64,000 nt of DNA, from assembly GCF_009914755.1 (NCBI RefSeq), contig NC_060930.1; one strand, written 5' to 3'. Below the pieces are notes generated by a model. The model saw nothing but the letters and a program-made list of their open reading frames with translations, ran no database searches and was not told the origin of the DNA. The position numbers were made by a program, and so were the translations under genes. The first letter of the stretch is position 1, and each line of letters starts with the position of its first letter. Shown piece by piece: positions 1 to 13,645 of this stretch. Source of the stretch: the human T2T-CHM13v2.0 reference genome, Homo sapiens.

Positions 1-699
1 TCTTTATTAAATTTTCACACAGGTACCTAAAGTCAAGACTTTTCTATTTTCTTTAAGCCTTAACTGATGTTTTAAGTTTCTTTAAATGTCCTTTTCCTTT
101 CTTTTCACCTCTGAAGTTAAAAGTACATCAGCTAGGTCATGTTTTATGGTAGAACCCAGTACACTGCAGGTGGAGTTAATCAAATGCTTGCCCCCTGCAC
201 TGAAATAAGAAATGTGAATTGAGTTACCTAAGAAGGAAGGTTTATAGATGAGGATTTATTCAAGATCAATAAGGAAAATGAGCCATGTTTTCCCAATACC
301 AGGAGAAAGACTCAGAAAACTGTAATTACCAAAACTAGGTGAGTGGTCTTACAATTATTTTTTAATAGCTTTTCAAAAGACCAAGGACATCATATGTTTA
401 AATGTATGTACCTGATAAGAAACCAGGTTGCTTCTCAATCATCTCATATATTCTTTTCTCCTAAATGAGAACCAAAGATTTTCTGCTTAGGTGACCTATT
501 TAATTTGCACACATTTATGCTAGCTCAGAGTGGTCAGCTTTTTTGATGCTTCCAAGACAAATTTCTTAAACACAATAGTCACACATTAACAAAATTTCAC
601 ATAGATGCCCACTTTAAAATATATGACAGGGAAAACCGTGCATTTATATGTAGACTGTTCAAAGGACAGAAGTTCTTGTTAAATCAGTGATTATTTGTG

Positions 700-1005
700 G
701 GACCATGGAGCCTACTGTGTAGCAAGTACTGAGTGCTAAGAGTCAGGATAGTGTTGGCTGAGAATCGATCTGTCCTTCAAAGGTTTCACAGCCTAGGGAG
801 GGTGGCTTTATAAGCTATATCAATAAGTAAATTAAAATAGGGTGTCATGAGTATAATAATACATGTGTTTAAGGTGCAGAGAAGTATCCCCAAAGAGAGA
901 GGGGTTAATTTAAGTGGGTGGGAGGTCCTGAAAGACTTCTCAGAAATAATGACATCTAAGCTCTGTTTGAAGAATGACTAAGAACTTATTGGATGTATAA
1001 GTTAA
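700..1005 (-). mobile_element. L2 LINE fragment (degraded)
   Basis: 'ctgtccttcaaaggtttcacagcctagggag' and 'gaaagacttctcagaaataatgacatctaagctctgtttgaagaatga' resemble the antisense L2 3' region. Confidence 0.45.
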
Positions 1006-1034
1006 TGAGGTATTCAGTTGCAAGTAAGAGAATA

Positions 1035-1337
1035 CCCTCAGAAATCCACCTGGCTCACTCTTTCACTTCATTCAAGTCTGCTCAAATAAGCTCAGCAAAG
1101 CTGCTTTGAATGATCTATATGAATTAGCCTCTCATTATTCTCTGTTCCCTTACCTTGCTTTATTTTATCCATGATGATTACCACTACCTGGCATATTATG
1201 TTTATTCTTTTATTTGTGTAGTGTCTATCTTCTCTGACTTAGTTCAGACTCTGTGAGACCAGGGAAGTTGTGTGTTTCATTTACTGCTTTATCCCAGCAT
1301 TAGGAGCAGTGTCTAAATAATTCAATATTAGTTGAGT
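1035..1337 (+). mobile_element. L2a 3' end
   Basis: 'cctggctcactctttcacttcattcaagtctgctcaaat' ... 'actgctttatcccagca' ... 'tcaatattagttgagtg'. Confidence 0.6.
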
Positions 1338-1442
1338 GTAATCCAGCCAACTATGGTTTAAGTAATAAAGATATTTAATATCTCACAAGACGTGGAGCTT
1401 GTTGACAGGCAGTTTCAGGGTGGTATTGCTCAGTATTTTCAT

Positions 1443-1740
<298 letters not shown>

Positions 1741-2869
1741 AGTATTTTCATTTGAGACTTGTACATTTTCTATTATCCACGTCTGTCTTCAGAGTATTAC
1801 CTTTTTGTACTTGGAGTTGCCACCTAAATCCTAAAGAGGGTTAATAAAGCACCAAGCATCACATCCTTCACAACCATGTTCAAGGACAGAAAAGGAAGAA
1901 ACTCTAGGGAGCCCTCCCCCAGTGTATGTCTCTTCATCAGGTGAAGAGATTATTCCCAGAAGCTCCACCTGCAGATTTCACCATAGGTCTCATTGGTCAG
2001 AACCATCACATAGCTAGAACCAGCAGTGTGGGAGCCTGGGAAGGCAAGAAGAGGCAGAAGGAAATGAAGTTACCATGAGGGCTTAAACTAATTATGGTTT
2101 ATCCTTAGGGGCTGGGCATATTGCTACCCAAACAAAATCAGGAGTTTTAAAAAATGTAATAAGTAACAAATTTAGGGAATAACAATATGTAAAATAAGTA
2201 AAAACTAGTAGGATTCTAGGTAATTTATTTTTTATGTTAGTATGAAAAATATATACAGTAAAGTTGATAAGACTAATCATGGACATTTTCTGTTGTAACC
2301 AAAAAGATATATTTTTCCCATTCATTCTCTACCAATATCATTTTTAGTACATTCTTACCAGTAGTATCATAAACAACAACTGAAATCTGATATTTGAAGA
2401 AGTCCTTCTCAAAGAAAGATTTCTTACACATTTGATGAAATGGTTTAATTTCTAAAGCTCCATATAAAATTTGTCAGAGGTGTCCCTTGCTTTAGACCAC
2501 AAACTCAAGAGATTCAGACAACGGGTTCAATAAGTAAAATCTTCCTTGAACACCCTTCCCCCTAGAAATTATCATGTCCTATAGATCATTTCACAGAGTT
2601 CCTACTCTCTCTGGGGAAAAAAAAATCACAGAAATATCTCACAAAATGAAGATATTTTCTTCCCATAATCATAGTCATAAGTAAAATATGTATTTGAAAT
2701 TTGAGATCAAAAAAAGGTAGAATTGATTTTCATGAACACTAGACATGTGATTCCTGTCCTCAACAATGTGACCCGCAAAACCAGGATCTTATATATGCCC
2801 TTGTTTTGGGGACCAGGGACAAGATGCAATATTCTTGATTTTAAAAGAAAAGAAAAAAAGGATTCACAC

Positions 2870-3005
2870 TTCTTCCTTCCCTGCATATCTCACTCCCCCC
2901 TCTTTCCCTCTATCTCCCCAACACCCCCATCTTTCTCTCTCTCTCTCTGCCTCACCCTCTTCTCTCTTTCTCTCTCTACCTTTCTCCTTTCACCTCATCC
3001 CTCCG
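2870..3005. repeat. CT-rich low-complexity tract
   Basis: Pyrimidine-rich run with (CT)n stretches. Confidence 0.8.
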
Positions 3006-4274
3006 CCCTAAACATTGCTTTCTATGTAGAAAAGGAAACTAACTTATTGGCTGTGTGGGTGATCCTGAAATTACTACTGTCCCTGTGGGTTTTTTGAGGT
3101 AACTCTTAACTCCTTTAGCTGGACCAAAGTGTACTGTTACATCAGCTGATAAAAAAGTAATTTCCCTTTAAGGAAGGAACTAGTGGACCTTCCACCTACA
3201 CAAAATTTACTAACTTAATCGTGCCCATGTGATTACCATTCCAATGATTTGCTTATTTTACCACAAATAGCCAGTCTGGGATAGGACTTTCATTCATTGT
3301 ACCTTTTTCTAATCCTCTTAGGGAACAAAAGTTAAGGCATAATTCTGGCTATTGGGAAGGTGACGCAGAAAATCAGGTGGGAAGGTGGGAAGATGAGGAG
3401 AGGGCAGATGGTGAGGAGAGAGAGTGTAGCCCTGCCAGCCAGCTCACAGTCTCCTAAGCACCCCTGAAGAGCACATTTTCCAGAAGTTTCCCACCAGAGA
3501 ATGTCCTTTTAGGTTAGGTCTGTACATAGGTAGGCTACGTTGGTACTTGATTTACCCATAGCAACAAATGTATACTAGGAGTTTGAATTGTGTTGGTGAA
3601 GCTGTTGCCACGTGAGGAAATTGAAGGAAGCTATGCCGCAGAGGGAGTGAAAGGAGCCCTTAAGCCTTGGTCTGCTTTTGTGCTTTTCTGGATTCTCTGC
3701 GACTTTGTTCATTTTTGACCAGAAAAGATTGGAGAGGAATGTGAAATAAGAAAAAATCCTAGACACAAAGGAGTGGCATGCCCAAGTTTACAGGCATGAT
3801 GGGAGAGGAATTTTGTCACCTTGCCACTTGATCCTAAGGACATCTCCCCTCCCCTTTGTTTCCTTAAAAATCAACTATGAAATAAGAAGACTGCATTGAT
3901 ACACGCACACATAACTCAAAAGAAAGAAGACTCCGCACTCCCTTGGCCAGAGGGTACTGTGAGTATGCCCTGGCCCAGGGGGCGGCTATTACACTAGATA
4001 ATAAAATTAGCATTGAGTCAACAAAGGAAAATGGCCCCCAGATTCATTAATAAAGCAACGTTTTGGTCTGAATATTCAGAAATGCTACCTGCACCCACCC
4101 CATTAGCTCAGAGTTCTGAAGAAGACACCACATACGGAAGCCTCTGCTGTCACCTCTGTTTTAGTTCCTGCCTGTGAATGAGCAGTTCCACTTGCACTTT
4201 CTGAGGCTTCTCACCGTAGCCCTTCCCAAGGTGGCAAAACCTACAAACAACCCAAGAGCCTGAAAAATGGAATA

Positions 4275-4530
4275 ATGAGAGTTGACTTTCACTTACATGC
4301 TTGCTGTGGGCCAGGCACTGTGCTAAGGGCTATACTGGAACGATTTATTTAATCTTCACATCCCCAGAAGGTAGGAATTTCCATCATTTTACTTCGCAGA
4401 AGACTCTTCTGTTTTGCAGTTTTACAGATGGGATTCCCATTTTATAGCTTGCCTGCTTGAGGTCACACAGCAAGTAAATGATGCTGGTAAATCAACCAGG
4501 CTTTGAACCCTAACACTCCAACTAACGGAG
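4275..4530 (-). mobile_element. MIR SINE
   Basis: 'gccaggcactgtgctaaggg', 'ttttacagatgg', 'gaggtcacacagcaagtaaatg', 'tttgaaccc'. Confidence 0.75.
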
Positions 4531-4628
4531 TGCTTGCTCTTAGCAACCACAGTTATGTGCTGTATAATGACGTTTTCATCAGTGACAGATGACATATACA
4601 GCAGTGGTCCCATAAGATTATAAACCTA

Positions 4629-4955
<327 letters not shown>

Positions 4956-4960
4956 TTAGG

Positions 4961-5275
4961 GGCCAGATGTGGTGGCTCATGCTTGTAATCTCAGTGCTTT
5001 GGGAGGCTGAGATGGGAGGATTGCTTGAAGCCAGGAGTTCAAGACCAGCCTGGGGAACAACCAAACCCTGTTTTTACAAAACATTTAAAAAGTAACCTGC
5101 TTGGTAGCATGCTCCTGTAGTCCCTGCTACATGGGAGACTGCAGTAAGACTGATTGCTTGAGCCTAGAGATTCGAGCTGCAGTGAGCTGTGATCACTGCA
5201 TTCCAGCCTGGGCAACAAGAGCATGACTATGTCTCCAAAAAAAAAAAGAGAGAGAGAGAAAAGAGAAAACCACCA
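4961..5275 (+). mobile_element. AluJ (diverged)
   Basis: Dimer with 'gggaggattgcttgaagccagg' and A/GA-rich tail. Confidence 0.9.
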
Positions 5276-5661
5276 ACAACCTGCCTTTACTATGTTTAGG
5301 TGTGTTTAAATACACAAATAGTTACAATTGTGTTGCCGTTGCCTGTGGTATTCAGTAGTCTGTAGCTTAGGAGCAATAGGCTACACCATCTATAGAGCCT
5401 AGGTATGCAGTAGGCTATACCACCTAGGTTTGTGTAAGTACACTCTATGATGTTTACAGGATGGTAAAATAGCCTAATGACACATTTCTCAGAACCTGTC
5501 TCTGTTGTTGAATGATGCGTTACTGTACTCCAAACTTTTTGACAAACCTAACCTAATTTTGCTCTTCATTATATGCCTGATAGACATTTTTATCTATGTA
5601 CATGAGGCCTGAGCTGACCAAAATTTCTAACTTTGGAGAATGTATCAGAATAAGAGTAGGA

Positions 5662-5984
5662 GGCTGGGTGCGGTGGCTTACACCTGTAATCCCAGCACTT
5701 TGGGAGGCTGAGGCAGGCGGATCACAAGGTCAGGAGATCGAGACCATCCTGGCTAACATGGTGAAACCCCGTCCCTACTAAAAAATACAAAAAATTAGCC
5801 AGGCGTGGTGGCGGGTGCCTGTAGTCCCAGCTACTAGGGAGGCTGAGGCAGGAGAATGGTGTGAACCCTGAAGGCGGGGCTTGCAGTGAGCCGAGATCGC
5901 GCCACTGCACTCGCACTCTAGGCTGGGAGAGAGAGTGAGACTCTGTCTCAAAAAAAAAAAAAAAAAAAAAAAAAAGAAAGAAAA
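5662..5984 (+). mobile_element. AluY
   Basis: Y diagnostics 'gagatcgagaccatcctggctaacatgg' and 'ggagaatggtgtgaacc', long A tail. Confidence 0.93.
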
Positions 5985-8900
5985 TAGGAGTTGTGTAGAA
6001 TCTGGATCAAAAATAACTGCTTTATCTTTTTCCTTGAGGTGGCTTAACAAAAGACTATATTCATTTGAGCTTCTGTTGTTTCCCTTTGATACACTGTTTC
6101 ACACTGTAGAGCCAATGGTTTTATACAGTTTTACGGAACAGCTTGCAAAGTGCAAGTTTTGACAAGAAAAGAAAATCTTTCCTGCTTTGTCTTCTCATTT
6201 CAAATATTGCATGCAGATTTAAGCTACCACATGTTTACCCAACGTGCTTGTTTCTAATATGTGAAAATAAGGTTGTATCAGTAGAATTAGCTACCTTTAA
6301 AAAATTGGTTGCAAAATGTATCCAGTATATCATCTGTGAATCATCCCTGGGCTTCCAAGAAGGCATGGTTTGTAGCTACACAACTGCAAAAAACTTTTTG
6401 GCAAGAAGTGATCCAATGCATTCCATAGAAGTAGCAGCATCCTAAAAACTGAATGACACCTACACCGTGAAATATTTTAAAAGAATTCCCAAAACTCTGC
6501 TTCATCAAGAGTGAATTTTCAGTCAAATCTGCTTTTCTTTTTAAATTTATAATTGATTCCTCCACCCATTTTAAACAAGGATTTGAGGTGGTGTAAGTCA
6601 AATCTGTCACTCAGGCAAACACTCTAGCATCCTGAGCCCTATTGTTCATCAAAGTCCTTCTGTAATTAATCTTGGCTGTTTGGGTAAGTGCCTTCTATAT
6701 TTTGGTGTAAGAAAGGCAGAGCAACTTTCTTATGCCTTTTATCTTAAAAAGGGATGAAAGTAAGGAAAATGGAAAGAAGCCTTCAATAGACCTTCTGGCA
6801 AGTTCTGTTATATATTGAGTGCTAAGTGCCAGTCACTAAGCTAACCACTATCATATGATTTCACTGACTCTGGAAGAGGATCTTACCTAATAAATAAGAG
6901 ACACTGAGCAACAGGAAGCCACTCATCCCTACAGATTGTGATGTCAGGAAGAAGACTGGGGCCCATTAGGGTGGGAAAACTACTGCCATTGTGGCTGTGG
7001 CAGCTGGTTCTTTCTCTGCCTCTGTCCTATCGCAAGAAAATGCCTGCCCTATTAGATCTGGTCAGTAATGTTTGATGAACCACATTTGTGCTTGAAGAGT
7101 CTCAAGCAAAAAAAGGGTAGTAAGAGAGGAGAAAGAAAGAAAAGCTCATGGGGGAAAAAAATCACCCACATGAAGTAGATTTACATTGGATCCCCAGGTT
7201 CCCTTCACAGATCAGCGTCAAAGCAGATGTTTCTCCCCAATCTTGGCACCTTCCTCAACTGCTGATACTCAAAGTTAATTAGTTTAGTATAACTTTGTGT
7301 CTCTTAATTGATGAAAAGTGTTTTTCAACAACAAAAATATCTATAATTGGTCCACAATTCTAGATGGGGCCTAGGCAGTTGACAGGGAATTCAGGTAGAC
7401 CAAATGCCAAGAAAAAACGCTCTGAAGTGCTCTCAAACAGAAAGATTGCAGACTCGTGGACAGTATATGTCTATCTTTGAGTCATATTGGTTCCAAAGAT
7501 GACCAATTTTTTTTGCTAACTCCTCCCACTTTATTTATACAGCATAGATCATCATAGGAAAATTTTAAAGGCAAAATACAAAAATCCACACCAATTTCCA
7601 CAATAAGCACTTATTACCCTTATAATAAGAAAGCCCCACAGAAAGGTATTAGAAAAGCCCTCATACAACTACTCATGTTTGGGAAATAAATCACAATTGT
7701 GTTTGTAAGTGTGCTCCCATTTAGAGACATTCATGTTCTAAATGTAAATGGCAAATGGTTCATAGAGAAAAACAAAAAATATTGATATGTTATTGATACA
7801 ATACCAAGAAACAAATATGCCAGCCTCTCCAAAAGTTCTTTTCCCATTGCAAATTATGTGTATAACTTGCTATATATTTTCCTAGTTTTTAATGTATATA
7901 ATCTAAAATAAACAAAACACAGAAAGCCATAGCCTTCGTCCTCTCCTAGCCCCATAGCAATTCCAGAGCAGTGAGATAGTCATTTGTGGGTGTCCTAGTG
8001 TGCTAGGAAGTCCCGAAATATTCTTGTAGCCCAGGACACTCTGTTTTGTTAGTCTATTTTGAGATAATCCTTCTCTCAGTAAGTGAACTTATGCTAACGA
8101 AATGATTATAGACTAAAGATTAAATCAGACAGATAAATAATTTATGTTGTGAAAAAATTATCAGGTGGACTAAAAAATTGTCAGATTGTCCACACTCTCC
8201 CTAGAGGCAATAACTGAAGAAGCCAGAAGGGAAGCCGAATTCTGGGTGAACTTGAATTGGATGATACTAGTGGCTAGTAGTCAAATTACTATAATCTGAT
8301 GAATTCGGTTGCACAGTAGGGATTGACTGGCTTGGTAGACCAGAATGCTTTCTTGGGTGGCCAGAGAACCCTGTCCTGTCTACAAAGCTGGTGATGCATT
8401 ATTGCTCTTTAATGCCCATACACCTACTCACTATTAAGATCATTTTTCTTCTGTTAACATATCTTTCTTGGGTAGGCTGTATTTCATTTGATTAGCCTTC
8501 AGTTTCCACTGTTACAGTAGTATTCTGGTCATAGTATTCTGTTACTCTGCTACTACACCCAAGGCATCAAATAGAGGCATTGACACATAGTCATCTAACA
8601 TAGGATGCTTCTAAAAAAAGCACGGTTGATTTATTAATTAACTTTTACTAGATTGGATTAAATTAGATTTTTCTTACTTTTATCCTCAGGTAACTGAGAT
8701 GTGTTTAGCTGGATGTCTCTCCTGTGTACTTATAGCTACCCTTTGAATATTCATATTAATGTAATTTTATCGAATAACTATAGTCCCCTTTTATTTAAAA
8801 AATGAGAAAGAAAGACAGCAAGAGTTTGATTATTCAGTGATTTTATGGTGGAGAAAAGGCCCAAATAGTTTTTTTTTTCCAAAAGAAACTTAAATCAATC

Positions 8901-9763
8901 CTAATTGATAGTGGTTCCCTAACATATTAAAAGGTCTTATGTGAGGTTTATGGATATCTGTTTAATTATTTTATTTATTGTCACTTGACAGAGCGTGAAA
9001 GAAGCCTTGCTTTGTTTGTTTGGAGTGGAGTTCAATTCTAAATGGATCTAACTCTGGGCCCATAACAGGAGGGTTAGTTATTAGAATGGTAAAATGTTCA
9101 CCTTATGGGATGATCTCACCTGTGTGAGGCATAAGACCACCAGATATACAAAAGTTTCCTCCCTCCAGGCCTTATTTTCGCCACACCCTACCCTCTCACA
9201 ATGCACACCACCTTGCCAACCAGACCCTTCAGACATCACTCTTCACAAAATAAGACTGCCACCACTGGAAGCCAAGCCCAGGCAATTTGGGTTCTGTAGG
9301 TGGGAAAGAAAATCAAACCTAATAGCCATCATTCTCATGTTTTGGTCAGTGGCAAAACTGGCCAGATAGAGATGCTGAGGCTGTGAGAAGAGACAGAACT
9401 GCAGGCGTATGGCAAGATTGGTGTGGTTTCAGCCTAAAGTCACGGGATGACACAGGGTACAACCTCAGAGACCCCATCTGCAAATCCAGAGCGACAACTG
9501 GTCACAGGGATCCATCCATGCAAGCTGGCATTCTGGGGAAGGATTTCCACCTCAAAGATGAAGTGAGAATATGATAGGAGCCTATTAACTAAAATTTGAG
9601 TAGGGAAGGAAATGTGCGAGGTACAAGGCAAGACCCAGGTATCAGTTAGGACCAGCAAGTATTCTAAGTCACTGCTACTTCTCTTTCTTATGGATATGAA
9701 TTTCCTAGAGGGAAGATGTACCTGGTCAAATAATCCTGGTTGAAATGCTTGAGATTTTATTAA

Positions 9764-10064
<301 letters not shown>

Positions 10065-10352
10065 GAGATTTTTTAAATGCATTTATTACTATAAAAGACA
10101 AGAATGCTGCTACCCTGTGGCCTTGTGAGGCATGTTCAATCCAGAGGACCAGCTTGATGATTTTTCACCATTCATGACCATTTTCCTTTGCCTTTAGTTT
10201 CTTCTAGAATGATTAACCACATTTACTCGCCAAAACTTGAGTTCTGACTATATGCAGGTTCTTCTAGGGGACCCAGAACTAGCTATGAAATAATAGTCTC
10301 TGACATTTAATTTATTTATTCAACCAATTATTAATAGATTCAAAAGTATCTA

Positions 10353-10520
<168 letters not shown>

Positions 10521-10544
10521 TTAAAAGCATAGGGGTCTCACTGC

Positions 10545-10730
10545 CTGACCTCACATTCTGGTTTGGACATTATTAACTTTTTGACTCTGGGAAACTTACT
10601 AAAATTAAAATTTTCTAAAGATATGTTTTTTTTCATCTATAAGGCTGGATAAAATAATAGTAGCTACCTTAAAGTAGTTATGATTCTTAAAGAACATGTT
10701 GCTTGTGAAATCTCTGGCCCATACATTGTT
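10545..10730 (+). mobile_element. MIR SINE
   Basis: 'tgactctgggaaacttact' and 'tttcatctataagg...ataatagtagctacct'. Confidence 0.6.
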
Positions 10731-10774
10731 AAGACTAAACGAAGTCAAGCCAGCCTTAATAAAGCACTGAGAAA

Positions 10775-11240
10775 GATTGCATGCATATAATAGTCTCAAA
10801 ATGATGAAACTGTAGTGATGAAGAACAAATCAACAGTTGCCAGGAGCTAGTTAAGGTTGTGGGGAGGGTGTGACTATCAGGAGTTAGTACCAGGCCTCCC
10901 TGGGCGATAGAGTGAGACTCTGTGTAAAAAGAAAGAAAGAAAGAAAAAAAAAGTTAGTACCAGGGAGTTTCTTTGTAATAACAGAATACTTCTGTATCTC
11001 GAGCAGGCAGTCGTGATACAAATATATATGTGTGATACCGCTCCCACCTCCACCAAAAATGAGTGCGTGTCAAAGCTGGTGAAACCCGAATTTGGTCTAT
11101 AGTTTATAGTATCGTATCAATGTTAATTTTCTGGTTTTGAGGATGTACCATGGCTATGTAAGATGATATCGCTGGGGGAAGGATACACAGGAACACTGTG
11201 TTATCTTCCAATTTATGAGTCTTAGATTATTTCAAAATTG
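10775..11240 (+). mobile_element. L1M (MC/MD-like) 3' UTR fragment
   Basis: 'gaagaacaaatcaacagttgccagg', 'gtatcaatgttaattttctggtttt', 'ttatttcaaaat'. Confidence 0.7.
10895..10951 (+). mobile_element. Severely 5'-truncated Alu (~30 nt plus tail)
   Basis: 'cctgggcgatagagtgagactctgtgt' plus (GAAA)n/A tail; perfect 13-bp TSD agttagtaccagg at 10882-10894 and 10952-10964. Confidence 0.9.
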
Positions 11241-11245
11241 AGGGC

Positions 11246-11566
11246 TTTTTTGTTTTGTTTTGTTGTTGTTCTGTTTTGTTTTTGAGACAGTGTCTCACTC
11301 TGTAGCCCAGGCTGGAGTGCAGCGGTGTGATCTCGGTGCACTGCAGCCTCTACCTTCCAGATTCAAGTGATTCTCCTGCCTCAGCCTCCTGAATAGCTGA
11401 GATTTCAGACATACACCACCACATCTGGCTATTTTTTTTTTTTTTTTTGTATTTTTAGTAGTGATGTGGTTTCGCCATGTTGGCCAAGCTGGTCTCGAAC
11501 TTCTGGCCTCAAATGATCCACCCACCTCAGCCTCCCAAAGTGCTGGGATTACAGGCGGGAGCCACT
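11246..11566 (-). mobile_element. AluS/Jb
   Basis: Antisense dimer lacking the ~10 5'-most nt, with (TTTTG)n tail. Confidence 0.93.
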
Positions 11567-11599
11567 CAAAATAGTTTAAAAATATAAGGCACGAAAAGA

Positions 11600-12480
11600 G
11601 ATGTGACAGTGTAACAGAGAAGAGATAGACTTGTCTCTGCCCTTATGGAGTTTACATTCTACTGGGAAGAGAAACCAGTAATTACACAGTCAGTTATTTC
11701 ATGGTAACTGTGCTCAGTGTTACGAAGGAAAAATGTAATGTGCTATGACAGCATGTGCAAAGACAAGGGGGCCCAAAGCTGGGGCAGCTCAGGAGAGGCT
11801 TCTTCTTGTGGGGGGGATATCTAAGCTCCCATTTCTATGGTCGGGTGAGCTGGGTGGGATGGTGGGAGGCGTTCTAGGGAAGGGAGCAACATTGATGGGG
11901 ACCTGGAGGGTGAAAGAGCCTTTGGCAGCTTAGAGGAACTGGCCGCCGTGCAGGAATCAGAGTTAAGTAGGCCGGTGTTACAAGCACAGTGTTGTGGGGG
12001 TCAAGGAGAGAAGTATGTCTGACAAGAAACTGGGGGGAGAAAACAAGTGCACCATGATGGTAGCAATGGATAAAGCTTAGATTTTGAAATGGGTTGTTTT
12101 TTAATGAATTTAAAGCTGCAATTATAAAACGCACAAAGGAATGGATACTTCAAGTGTGTGATGAGTTTGGGAAGCCACACATAGTCTGGTGAAGAGGGTC
12201 CCTGGAAGAAACTGGAAGGGGACTGGGAAGAGCATTTGGGGCTTGACCACAAAGGAAGTTTGATTTTTTGTCCTGCAGGCATGGAGGAGCCATTGGGACT
12301 TCTGAGCTGGCAAGTTCTTCAAAGTTTACTCAGAGGCCAAGATAAAGCATAGATGGAGTTAAAGAGAACTGAAACCAGTGAGCCTGGCCAAGAGGCTACT
12401 GCAGGAGTCCAGGATAGGGACATTAGAGCCTGAAGCTGGGGTGAAGGGAGTGGTACTGGGACAGGGAGTGACAAAGGAGC
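11600..12480 (-). mobile_element. L2 LINE fragments
   Basis: 'ctctgcccttatggagtttacattctactgggaaga', 'ggagccattgg', 'gaggctactgcaggagtccagg'. Confidence 0.7.
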
Positions 12481-12509
12481 CTCATGTCAGCAGGCCCAGC
12501 CAACAATAG

Positions 12510-12970
12510 GGACCTCAGATCCTGGAGCATCTCTCCTAGTATTTAGGTTGGTGCAAACGTAATTGTGCTTTTTGCAATTTATCCCTCTGAGGTCTCTTGT
12601 AGGTATATAAAAACATACATGTAACACATCTACTGTGGCCTTGTTGGAAATTGGGAAATTGGAAAGAATGCATGTATCCGTTAGTGAGTACTTGAGTAAA
12701 CTATGGTACATAATCCTACAATGGGGTTCTATGGAGCACTTAAGAACCATGTTCATCTTCTTAAAATATTAAGTCAGAAGAATTGCAGAAGACTAGGTAT
12801 AGTATGACCTAATTTCATAGAATAATGTGTAGAGTGCATTTTACATGCATAGAAAAAGATCTTGAAAGATATACCTCTTCCTTTGGCAATAAAGATCTTT
12901 GCAGGTGGAGATTGTAAAGAATGTTTACTTTTTATACATTTCCTTATAGTGATTTATTTATTACAAATAT
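12510..12970 (+). mobile_element. L1ME-like 3' fragment
   Basis: 'agtaaactatggtacat' and 'tttgcaggtggagattgtaaagaatgtttactttt'. Confidence 0.55.
12543..12579 (+). mobile_element. Half MADE1 / solo Hsmar1 terminal inverted repeat
   Basis: 'ttaggttggtgcaaacgtaattgtgctttttgcaatt' vs recalled MADE1 arm TTAGGTTGGTGCAAAAGTAATTGCGGTTTTTGCCATT. Confidence 0.85.
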
Positions 12971-13018
12971 GTTCATGCTTCAGTATATCTGTCTGTTGCA
13001 CTTCTACGTGAATGGTGT

Positions 13019-13435
13019 TGTCTTAGATTGGACTCCTGTGACCAGGCTTTGAGATGGAGACCACATGCAGAAGGAGGCAGCCCTTGGGAGGTTCCCCTGT
13101 TAGGAAGTAAGGAAGACAGCATTGGGCAGAGAGGGAAGCTCACCCATATTGCAGTTGTAACTGAGACATACTAGGAGCTTTTGAGCTGGGATGACCCTTC
13201 AGAGTCATCCTAAATTGGGGCAGGGTCTTTATATCCTTGCGTTAGCCAGTCATTGGGTTTGGACTGCCTTGAGGAGGGAGCATGACCTTGGGCTAGTCCA
13301 TTCCCTGTAGCTGAGGGCAACTCCTGTTGAAGGATGCAGCTAAGAATGGCCAGCAACTGATAGTCCTATGCACTGGCCAATGGATGCCCTGACTCTGAAG
13401 AGGGAATCTGGGAAAGCACTACAGTATCCATTACA
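13019..13435 (-). mobile_element. ERVL solo LTR (LTR33/LTR16-like)
   Basis: TG...CA ends; 'agctgggatgacccttcagagtcatcc', 'ccagtcattgg', 'gctgagggcaactcc'. Confidence 0.65.
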
Positions 13436-13509
13436 GTTATTTGGTGTAAGTTTAAAATTTATTTTTAGACCTTGCAGACCTTGCTTAATTATCTTAACTT
13501 TGCTTTCAC

Positions 13510-13645
13510 TAATACAAAGGTAAAAGAGGAAAAAATGATTATCTCAATGTGAAAAAAATTAAATGAAATTAAAAAACCTTTTTGATTAAAAAAGTCTTGG
13601 CAATTAGGAGTAAAAAGCAATTTATTTGCCCTGATAAAGAGTACT
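13510..13645 (+). mobile_element. Old L1 ORF2 (RT) fragment
   Basis: 'atgattatctcaat...attaggagtaaaaagcaatttatttgccctgataaag'. Confidence 0.5.

Noticed and set aside
11190-11204. Androgen-response-like element GGAACActgTGTTAT
   Set aside because: Mismatch at the key C of TGTTCT, lies inside an L1 relic, and such near-matches are expected by chance in 64 kb
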